The notes beneath the pieces are model-generated. The model was not told the DNA's origin. It ran no database searches and saw only the letters and a program-made list of their open reading frames with translations. A program made the position numbers and the translations under genes. A stretch of DNA of 40,918 nucleotides. It comes from a virus. Lineage: Duplodnaviria > Caudoviricetes. The stretch lies in the IMG/VR virus record IMGVR_UViG_3300045557_000071, positions 1 to 40,918 of that record; one strand, given 5' to 3'. Positions 16,637-24,406 of the stretch are shown here, one piece after another (the stretch's first letter is position 1; every line of letters starts with the position of its first letter).

Positions 16637-17091
16637 TAATCCTTCGCAATCGATACAATACTGAATTGCCAAAAGAAAAACGAGAAGAGTTTAATCGATG
16701 GATGGAAAAAATCAGCAAAACAACTGGGCATGATGCATTTGAAGGAATGAACGATTATGACTATCAGGGGTTGTTTCTGAAAAGTGGTGGAAAGGTAGAC
16801 GTTAATCAGGGAACGCATTTTACTGATGAATTTAAAAAACCAAATCATCCAACGTTTAGTACGCAGTCCATATATAACGGTGCGGATGGAAATGTTGGTG
16901 GAGAGTGGAAGCCGTCGACTGAACCTGGGAAATGGATTTTTGTTGCTGGCCCTGCAAATATAAAAATCTGGGGCAGTGAATTGCAAAAATACTGGGACCG
17001 TCATGAAGCACCGGCGGGGAATAAGCTTATAATCCCGAGTCAAGACTTAGCTCCGGTATATCCGACAATGAAGGAGCCTGGTGCGTTATGA
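16633..17091 (+). CDS. Hypothetical protein inserted in the head operon
   Basis: YNTEL...DYDYQG...HFTDEFKKPNHPTFS..SIY...GGEW; ATGA-coupled on both sides; AT-richer than flanks. Confidence 0.8.
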   Translation: MIILRNRYNTELPKEKREEFNRWMEKISKTTGHDAFEGMNDYDYQGLFLKSGGKVDVNQGTHFTDEFKKPNHPTFSTQSIYNGADGNVGGEWKPSTEPGKWIFVAGPANIKIWGSELQKYWDRHEAPAGNKLIIPSQDLAPVYPTMKEPGAL

Positions 17092-17459
17092 GAGAGCTAA
17101 AGCACAAGGAAAAGCAGATCGCCGAGGCGCAGCAAATTGTTTTTGACGGAAAGATTCAATATCGCCTGCATTGTCTGCTGGCCGTGCTGCGGACGGAAGA
17201 AGGGCGTACGGTATTAGCCTGGATGGAGGAGTTGTGCAAGGTTAATGATGACGACTTTCAGGGCAATTCAAGGGATGCGTATTACTCGGGCATGCGGTCG
17301 GTGTTTCTCCGGTTCAAAAGGTTTGTTCAATCGCTTGGGAGGGAAGGTTTTTCGTTGTATTACCAGGCTGCGCAGGAGAATATGATTCGCGAGATGGACG
17401 CCGATCTGAAGCTAAAGAAAATCATTCAGGAAATAAGGGAGGAAAAGAACGATGCGTAA
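17088..17459 (+). CDS. Bbp19-like head-associated protein
   Basis: VLRTEEGRTVLAW.....F.GNS..AYYSGMRSV; synteny. Confidence 0.7.
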   Translation: MRELKHKEKQIAEAQQIVFDGKIQYRLHCLLAVLRTEEGRTVLAWMEELCKVNDDDFQGNSRDAYYSGMRSVFLRFKRFVQSLGREGFSLYYQAAQENMIREMDADLKLKKIIQEIREEKNDA

Positions 17460-18186
17460 CAGTCAACATGGTCAACTTGCCCCGCAGAATAACATTGGAG
17501 GGGCAATGAATGCCAGCGGCAGTTTTGACCAGAAATTCCGGATGGACCTGCAACGATTTAACGACGCTACGCCTCCGGCGGATCCGCCGGCAGGTGACCC
17601 GCCCGCGAATCCGCCGCCGACAAATCCGGACCCGAACCAGCAGACACCTCCGCCGGCAGAACCGGCAAAGCCAAACGACCCGAACACACAGGAACCGCCA
17701 AAGGATCCCGTACAAAACCAAGACAAAGCCCCCGAGGATCCTGCAGCCAATCAGCCGCCGGAAAACTACGAGTTCAAACTGCCGGAAGGGTTCGCCATTG
17801 CGGAAACTGACAATGAGGCATTAAACGGCTTTTTGAAGGAGAACAAGATTCCCCAGGAACAGGCGCAGCGGCTGGTCGACATGTATGTGAAATCACAGCA
17901 GGATGCGCAGGAACGAACGATCGGAGATTGGCAGAAGGCAACCGAAGCCTATTTGAAGACCGGGCGGGAAGAAAAACTGCAGTTCGCGGCCAAGGGGCTT
18001 GCCGTATTTGACCCGGACGGAAGTTTTTCAGCGTTTCTTGATAACACCGGACTGGGCGAGAATCTTGAGTTCCTGAAACGGTTCGAAGCCCTGGGCCGAA
18101 AAGTGGCGGAGGGGAATTTTGTCGAGGGGGCTGCGGCAAAGGGCGGCAATTTCCTAGACAACATGTACACCACAATGAAGGAATAA
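17452..18186 (+). CDS. Capsid scaffolding protein (alternative start 17507)
   Basis: Pro-rich acidic N-terminus, PENYEFKLPEG, AQRLVD, TGLG.N..F...F..LG...AEG.FV.G; precedes capsid gene. Confidence 0.8.
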   Translation: MRNSQHGQLAPQNNIGGAMNASGSFDQKFRMDLQRFNDATPPADPPAGDPPANPPPTNPDPNQQTPPPAEPAKPNDPNTQEPPKDPVQNQDKAPEDPAANQPPENYEFKLPEGFAIAETDNEALNGFLKENKIPQEQAQRLVDMYVKSQQDAQERTIGDWQKATEAYLKTGREEKLQFAAKGLAVFDPDGSFSAFLDNTGLGENLEFLKRFEALGRKVAEGNFVEGAAAKGGNFLDNMYTTMKE

Positions 18187-18211
18187 CAAGTAGAAAAAGG
18201 AGGACAATCTT

Positions 18212-19204
18212 ATGAATCTAACTCTGCTCGATTTGAAATCCCGTATGGACCCGAACGGAGCGCATGCTGAGGTCGTTGAAACCCTGGCTAAAAGCTGTCC
18301 GCTCCATATCGACGCGGTGTGGAAGGAAGGTAACCTGAAAACCGGTAACCTTACCACGCGGCGCAGCGGCCTGCCCACGATCGGCCGTCGCTCGATCAAC
18401 CACGGTATTCCGGGGTCGCGTTCCAAAACCACGCAAGTGACGGACACCTGTGTTCTCTATGAAGGAAACTCCGAGATCGACGTCGAGCTGATGAAGCTTG
18501 CCAAAGACAAGAAGGAGTTTCGCTGGGGCGAGGATGCTGCGTTTATCGAAGCATTCAACCAGTATTTCAGCGAGGACATGATCTATGGCGATACCACGCA
18601 GGATCCGGAAAGCTTCAACGGACTGGCGGTTCGTTACAACACGCTGACCGGCAGCAAGGGAAGCTTTGGTTATCAGGTTGTCAGCGCCGGCGGAAGCGGC
18701 AGCGACAACACGTCAGCCTGGTTCGTTGCCTGGTGCGACAAGGGAATCCACTGCGTATATCCGGAAGGTTCGCAGGCTGGTCTGGAAATTAGCGACAAGG
18801 GTGAGCAGCGCGTCACCGATTCCGATGGAAAACCCTACTATGCATGGTGCACCAACTTCACCTGGAAGCCTGGTCTGGCAGTGCGGGATCCGCAGTTTGC
18901 TTCGCGGGTTGCCAACATCGACGTGTCGGACTTGATCACCTTTGGTTCCGGATCCGATACTTCGCCGAAAATGATTCAAAAGCTGATTCTGGCCAAAAAC
19001 CGGATCAAGCGGTTTGAAAACACCAAGCCGGCGTTGTATGTAAATGACTTGCTTTACGCGTGGCTGGAGATCATGCTGACTGACAAAGCAAATGTCTATG
19101 TCACTAAACAAGAACTGACCGGAAAAATGCCGGAACTGTTCTTCAGCGGCATTCCCATCCGCAAGTGCGATTCCATCCTGTCCAATGAATCCGCAGTATC
19201 CTAA
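18212..19204 (+). CDS. Major capsid protein (Bbp17-like)
   Basis: EGN..TG..TT.RSGLP, YGD....PESFNGLAVRY, F.GIPIRKCD.IL.NESAV; AAAAGGAGG RBS. Confidence 0.92.
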   Translation: MNLTLLDLKSRMDPNGAHAEVVETLAKSCPLHIDAVWKEGNLKTGNLTTRRSGLPTIGRRSINHGIPGSRSKTTQVTDTCVLYEGNSEIDVELMKLAKDKKEFRWGEDAAFIEAFNQYFSEDMIYGDTTQDPESFNGLAVRYNTLTGSKGSFGYQVVSAGGSGSDNTSAWFVAWCDKGIHCVYPEGSQAGLEISDKGEQRVTDSDGKPYYAWCTNFTWKPGLAVRDPQFASRVANIDVSDLITFGSGSDTSPKMIQKLILAKNRIKRFENTKPALYVNDLLYAWLEIMLTDKANVYVTKQELTGKMPELFFSGIPIRKCDSILSNESAVS

Positions 19205-19253
19205 CAGCGCCAAATAAAGTGCTGGCGTAACTAAAAAACAGGAGGATATAACT

Positions 19254-19652
19254 ATGATTATTGACCATAAGTTTTCCGATGCGCAGAGTCTGGCCACGGC
19301 CAGCTCTGCAACAGCCTGCACGAATGTGCTGGATATCGGCGTGGCCGGACAGTACATTCATGATGCCCCGTTTGTTGTCTGCCAGGTTGAAACGGCGTTT
19401 GCCTGCGCCGGATCCAATCCGACACTGACGGTCCAGTTTGTCGAATCCGCTAATGCCGATCTGTCGTCTCCCACGGTGCTCTGGACTTCTGGCGCAGTTG
19501 CAGAAGCGACCTTGGTCGACAAGTACCAGATCTGCAAAATGCGCTTGCCGAAGCTGACGAAACAGTATTGCGGATTTCTCTATACGCCGTCGGCAGCGTT
19601 TGATTCCGGTAAGTTGGATGCGGTGATGGCGCTGGACGCCGACATCCAGTAG
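19254..19652 (+). CDS. Capsid cement/decoration protein (Bbp16-like)
   Basis: MIID..FSDAQ.L......TNVLD, QV.TAF, GKLDA; follows MCP. Confidence 0.85.
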   Translation: MIIDHKFSDAQSLATASSATACTNVLDIGVAGQYIHDAPFVVCQVETAFACAGSNPTLTVQFVESANADLSSPTVLWTSGAVAEATLVDKYQICKMRLPKLTKQYCGFLYTPSAAFDSGKLDAVMALDADIQ

Positions 19653-19661
19653 GGAGGAGCT

Positions 19662-20066
19662 ATGAGATATAAGGCATTGCTTCCTTCCAAAGGGTTTTTG
19701 GGCAGGTATTGGCGGCCCGGTGACATTTCCGCCGATACGGATAAAACTCCGCCGGTATCAAAAGTAAACGGGGAATTGTTTGAGCCGCTGGATGCGGACG
19801 AACAACAAGCGATCGATGCGCTTGAACAACAAGAGCTGCCGGCGGATCTTGGACCAGAACGGAAAACGCTTGCCGAATTGGGCGAGGAAATGGCGCGACA
19901 GGCGCAGACCGGGACGGGTATTCAGTTCGATGCGGACAGAGAGGCCACGCTGAAAGGATTAAAAGTGGAAGAACTGAAAGCGATGGCTGAAGACAAGGGA
20001 ATTGTTGTGGATCCGGAGTGGAAAAAACCGCAGCTTCTGGCGGAACTCAGAAAGATTCAACAGTAA
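19662..20066 (+). CDS. Hypothetical virion protein with C-terminal HeH/Rho-N-like motif
   Basis: LKVEELKAMAEDKGI......KKPQLLAEL. Confidence 0.7.
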   Translation: MRYKALLPSKGFLGRYWRPGDISADTDKTPPVSKVNGELFEPLDADEQQAIDALEQQELPADLGPERKTLAELGEEMARQAQTGTGIQFDADREATLKGLKVEELKAMAEDKGIVVDPEWKKPQLLAELRKIQQ

Positions 20067-20088
20067 CACTGAAACCTGTTTATTGAAA

Positions 20089-20117
20089 ACCCGGGGGCGC
20101 TCCTGGTGCTCCCGGGT
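20089..20117 (+). terminator. GC-rich hairpin between head and tail genes
   Basis: ACCCGGGGGCGC-tcctg-GTGCTCCCGGGT; weak U-tract, so possibly an attenuator or stabiliser. Confidence 0.55.
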
Positions 20118-20134
20118 ATTGAGGAGGATCAAAC

Positions 20135-20731
20135 ATGGCCACGATGGTTGATATCTGCAATTATGCTCTAGCCAATCTAAGCGTACAGCCTATTGCGACC
20201 ATGACGGATAAAACCAGTAAGGCCGCAAGAAATTGCAATCTGCTGTTTGAAATAACCCGAGATACGGTCCTGCGGGATTTTCCGTGGGGCTTTGCCAATC
20301 AGGAAATTGTTCTCGCGCTCAGTTCTGGCGATACGGCCAGCGGGTGGAGTTATGTATATCAATATCCAGCGAATTGCCTGAAAGTGCGTAAGGTTTTTAT
20401 GGATGGACTGCCGGATCCGGAGTTGTCGGATCCGTTTGACGAACAGATGATTGGCGGATCGTTGAAGATTGTAACCAATACATCTAAGGCTCGGGCGAAG
20501 TTTACGGCAAAAATCAAAGATACTACATTTTATGATGTTCAGTTCATTGAAGCATTTTCATATAAGCTGGCTGCGGCAGTTGCAATTCCAATGACCAACA
20601 ATGTTGGTTTGCGCAACGATATGATAAAGCTGTATCTGCAGTTCATAAGCGCGGCGCAAACCTCTTCCGCAACCGAGAAATACAAGGATCCGCAGCGTGG
20701 TAACCGTTATACCGGCGGACGGTGGGGCTAA
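20135..20731 (+). CDS. Tail tubular protein A / adaptor (T7 gp11-like)
   Basis: VDICNYALA.L, RDTVLRDFPW.FA, Y.YQYPANCL, F.EAF..KLAA. Confidence 0.85.
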   Translation: MATMVDICNYALANLSVQPIATMTDKTSKAARNCNLLFEITRDTVLRDFPWGFANQEIVLALSSGDTASGWSYVYQYPANCLKVRKVFMDGLPDPELSDPFDEQMIGGSLKIVTNTSKARAKFTAKIKDTTFYDVQFIEAFSYKLAAAVAIPMTNNVGLRNDMIKLYLQFISAAQTSSATEKYKDPQRGNRYTGGRWG

Positions 20732-20733
20732 TC

Positions 20734-23163
20734 ATGGGCAATGTGTTTCTAATTCAAAAATCATTTGCTACAGGAGAGATATCGGAATCCATGGTAGCGC
20801 GGGATGATGTACCCAAGCTGTCCATGGGCGTCATGGCCATGCGAAACCGGACAGTCTTGCCGCACGGAAAAACGCTTTGTCGAACGGGTTACCGGCATGT
20901 CTATCCTGCAAAATACAATAATAAACTGGCGGTACTCAGACCTTTTGTCTATTCAACTGATCAGCAATGCCCTCTTGAATTTGGTGATTATTATATCCGC
21001 TTTTATAAAAGCCACGGAGCAATCATTAAAACTGTTGGCGACACGGATGCATGGAGTAGTGGTGGTGAGTATGCATCCTACGAATATGTAAACAACGATG
21101 GTCTGATTTATCGCTGCATTTTGGCGCACACGGCTGCTTCCGGTAATGAACCGGGAACCGGTGCATCCTGGACGACATACTGGGTGCAGGACGATATTTA
21201 TGAAATCGAATCACCGTATTCGGCGGACCAGGTAAGGGGGTTGAAGTTTACCCAGTCCGCCGACGTGGTCTATATAATGCATGTCAATCATTGGCCACGA
21301 ATGCTGACAAGGTTCGGATATACGGATTGGCAGCTAGAAAAGTTCATGTTTGAAAACGGTCCATTTCTAAGGGAAAACAGTGGCGGGACTACAATGACGC
21401 TTTCTGCAACCAAGGGAACTGGCGTTACTCTTACGGCTTCGGAAAACACGTTTGAGCCTGGCCATGTTGGATCGCTTTGGAAGATTCGGCATAAGGTGCC
21501 AACAACAAAAGCGTCGGGATCATTCACAGGCACGGGAACTTCCTCTGTGATAAAGGGGATGGGGAAGTGGAAGCTCATCACCAATGGAACATGGGCGGCA
21601 AAGATTGATCTGGAAATATCGGCAGATGGAACAACATGGGAAACATTTCGCGCTTATTCGGGGATCAACAATAATAATGTTGGCGAGGCGGAGCTATCAG
21701 ACGGGCTGGGTTATTATCGGCTGAATTGCTACAGCTATACATCGGGAACGTTGTCTTATGATTTGAGTATGCAAGGACACAAATGGGATTGCATTGTTCG
21801 GGTCGTTTCAGTTACCGATGCAAAACATGCTGTTGTTGATTTTATTGAAGGCGAAGAAGCGGCCAGCACTTCGGCAACGGAGTATTGGGCGGAAGGCGCT
21901 TGGTCTGATGTAAGGGGCTGGCCGACATGCGCGGTATTTTCTCCGGAAAATAGGTTTTGCTTGGGCGGATCCGCTTATGAGCCGCTTATGGTGCGCGAGT
22001 CGGTGAATGACGATTACACGAATTTCCGCAAGTCAAACCCGGTTCTGGATGATGATGCGGTATCTGTGCCGATGGTGGCAAGAGAAGTTAATGCGGTGCG
22101 GGCGCTGGTTTCCATGTCCGATCTGATAGCGCTCACATCCGAGGCGGAGTTTCGCATTAGCTCTGCCAATGGCGGGGCTACTACGCCAAGCAATGTTCGA
22201 GCGACACCACAGGAGTTTAATGGAATTTCACATATTGCTCCAGTTACGGTGGGGAATCGGATTCTATTCAATCAGGCTCAAGGTTCAATCATTCTCGATA
22301 TGGCATATCAGTTTGATTCTGATGGATACAGAGGATCTGATGTAACGATCTTCGCCAGGCATTTATTTGAAGGACATACGATCGTTGACATGTGGTTTCA
22401 AAAGGCACCGCAAAGCATTCTGTGGTGTGTTCGGGATGACGGAATTTTGCTTGGAATGACATATTTGCGAGATCAGGAAGTTTGGGCCTGGCATAGGCAT
22501 GATACGGACGGATCAGTTGAATCCGGTTGTTCGGTACAAGAAGATGGCGTCAATGAAAACTGGGCGATATTTAAAAGAACGATTGATGGCGTTGAAAAAC
22601 GTTATGTTGAGTACCAGGTTCCTGTTGAACCGGATGAGACAGAAACGGAGTTTTGTTATCTGGATAGCAGCCTTGTGTATCATGGTGAGCCAATTTCAAT
22701 CGTTCCGGGTCTTGCTCATCTGGAAGGGAAAACAGTGGTTGCACTGGCGGATGGATTCATCGAGCGGGATCTGGTGGTTACGGATGGCAAGATTACCCTG
22801 CCAGAAGCGGCGTCAATAATAATTGTTGGATTGCCGTATGTGATGGATCTTGAATTGCCAGATTCGCAGATGGATTTGCAGGATGGGACCTCCCAGGGGC
22901 GTCTAAAGCAAGTTATCAACGTTATTTTGCGACTGGAGAACTCGGTAGGCGGGAAGATTGGCCCGACGTTTAACGGGCCATGGGAGGATATTCCCTATGA
23001 AAATCCGGCCGAATATAATGAGCCGCTGTCCATGTTTACTGGAGAAGTGAGCATTCCGTTTCCTGGTGATCCAGACACAAGGGGAAGAGTGTGCATACGG
23101 CAGGAAGATCCATTGCCATTAAACATTCTTGCGGCCATTCGGGAAGTGACTTTCCTTGGCTAG
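20734..23163 (+). CDS. Tail tubular protein B / nozzle (T7 gp12-like) with inserted CBM5/12-like module
   Basis: SF.TGEIS, LEFGDYYIRF, TQSADV, GWP....F..NR, WAWHRH.T.G, QEDPLPLNILA; AWSSGGEY...DGLIYRC..AHT...EPG...W at ~21048-21183. Confidence 0.88.
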   Translation: MGNVFLIQKSFATGEISESMVARDDVPKLSMGVMAMRNRTVLPHGKTLCRTGYRHVYPAKYNNKLAVLRPFVYSTDQQCPLEFGDYYIRFYKSHGAIIKTVGDTDAWSSGGEYASYEYVNNDGLIYRCILAHTAASGNEPGTGASWTTYWVQDDIYEIESPYSADQVRGLKFTQSADVVYIMHVNHWPRMLTRFGYTDWQLEKFMFENGPFLRENSGGTTMTLSATKGTGVTLTASENTFEPGHVGSLWKIRHKVPTTKASGSFTGTGTSSVIKGMGKWKLITNGTWAAKIDLEISADGTTWETFRAYSGINNNNVGEAELSDGLGYYRLNCYSYTSGTLSYDLSMQGHKWDCIVRVVSVTDAKHAVVDFIEGEEAASTSATEYWAEGAWSDVRGWPTCAVFSPENRFCLGGSAYEPLMVRESVNDDYTNFRKSNPVLDDDAVSVPMVAREVNAVRALVSMSDLIALTSEAEFRISSANGGATTPSNVRATPQEFNGISHIAPVTVGNRILFNQAQGSIILDMAYQFDSDGYRGSDVTIFARHLFEGHTIVDMWFQKAPQSILWCVRDDGILLGMTYLRDQEVWAWHRHDTDGSVESGCSVQEDGVNENWAIFKRTIDGVEKRYVEYQVPVEPDETETEFCYLDSSLVYHGEPISIVPGLAHLEGKTVVALADGFIERDLVVTDGKITLPEAASIIIVGLPYVMDLELPDSQMDLQDGTSQGRLKQVINVILRLENSVGGKIGPTFNGPWEDIPYENPAEYNEPLSMFTGEVSIPFPGDPDTRGRVCIRQEDPLPLNILAAIREVTFLG

Positions 23164-23638
23164 GCTCGTTGTTAGGCGGGCAACGCAAAGAGATATATTG
23201 GAGATTTCAGGTTGTCTACGAAAGTCGGACCAAGAGGAGATTCAGGCAATTTCAGATATGACCATGGAGCAGGCGGTCATATCTTCAGCGGTCACGTCGG
23301 CGGAGGTAATGGTCATGACGCTGAACGGAAAGGTGATTTGCATCGGCGGCGTTACTCCGGTTGATTCCTCGTTAGGGGTCGGGGCGTTTGTATGGCAACT
23401 TGGAACGGATGATATCGACCGCAACATGGTTTCATTTTATCGGGAGACAAAGCAGCTGATGCAGCGCTGGATTGACCAATACGGTTTATTGCAGAACTGG
23501 GTATATGCGGAAAATTTGGTTTCAATTCGCTATCTGCGCAGGTTGGGCTATACACTGTCTAGCGAGCCGGTTCCGTTCGGTGCCTATGGACTTCCGTTCT
23601 ACCATTTTTATATCAGGGGTGAGAAGCATGTGTCTTAA
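23156..23638 (+). CDS. T7 gp13-like protein (GNAT-like fold)
   Basis: LR.SD.EEI.A, WQLGTD, L.NWV..EN..SIRYLRRLGY; position after nozzle. Confidence 0.8.
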   Translation: MARLVVRRATQRDILEISGCLRKSDQEEIQAISDMTMEQAVISSAVTSAEVMVMTLNGKVICIGGVTPVDSSLGVGAFVWQLGTDDIDRNMVSFYRETKQLMQRWIDQYGLLQNWVYAENLVSIRYLRRLGYTLSSEPVPFGAYGLPFYHFYIRGEKHVS

Positions 23639-24404
23639 TGCTGCGGCGGCCGGCGGACTAACATCATTTGCCGGCGTAGTTAGTCAATATAGTGCGGGGC
23701 AGGCAAAAGCAGCAGCGCAACGTCAGCTTGCATCTGCACAGGCGAACGCTTATGAAGCCGCGGCGCGGATCAGTGACCAGAACGCGGCAATCAGCGGACG
23801 ACAGGCGGAGAATACTGTCGATCGTGGGGCGCTTGCACTGCAGGCTTTAAAGCAAAAAGCGCGGGCGGTTTATGCGGCGCAGCGCGCCGGCTACAGCGCC
23901 AACGGACTGGCAACTACCGAAGGAAGCCCGGCCGATGTGCTGGATGATACGGAGCTGCAATACCTGATGGATGCTGATGCACTTCGCTCGAACATCCAAT
24001 GGGAAAAATGGGGCTTTGACGTTCAGGGAACAAACTACCGCAACCAGGCGGCCATGCACCGGGGAGCTGCAGCTAATGCAATCTGGTCCGGCGAAGTCGG
24101 CGCGGCATTCAGTGAGTATGAAGCGCGGCAAAGCTTGTTCTCCGGAATTGCCGGTCTTGGGACGAGCATGATGCAGGCAAAGACGGGATCTGGAATGACT
24201 GTGGAAAGCGGTAACGGTGGAAAAAACTATTATAACCAGTGGCAAAGCCCGCGCAATGCTGATTTATATAGGAGTAATGAGTTGCAAACAATATGGCAGC
24301 CGCCGCAAAATGGTGGCATTGGCGATAGTCAGGGGTGGCAGCCTATGACCTATAACCCGCGAAATGCGAGATTGTATCGAAAAACTAATTTGTGGGGGAA
24401 CTAG
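23628..24404 (+). CDS. Internal virion (ejection) protein, gp14-like
   Basis: MC-start, Ala/Gln-rich helices, QRA.YSANG....GSP.DVL.DT. Confidence 0.8.
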   Translation: MCLNAAAAGGLTSFAGVVSQYSAGQAKAAAQRQLASAQANAYEAAARISDQNAAISGRQAENTVDRGALALQALKQKARAVYAAQRAGYSANGLATTEGSPADVLDDTELQYLMDADALRSNIQWEKWGFDVQGTNYRNQAAMHRGAAANAIWSGEVGAAFSEYEARQSLFSGIAGLGTSMMQAKTGSGMTVESGNGGKNYYNQWQSPRNADLYRSNELQTIWQPPQNGGIGDSQGWQPMTYNPRNARLYRKTNLWGN

Positions 24405-24406
24405 GA

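Noticed and set aside
17570-17765. Low-complexity CCG-rich repeats
   Set aside because: Explained by the Pro/Asp/Asn-rich disordered N-terminus of the scaffold protein
19205-19240. Terminator after the major capsid gene
   Set aside because: Only a short imperfect stem (CAGCGC/GTGCTG) followed by an A-run rather than a U-tract; too weak to call
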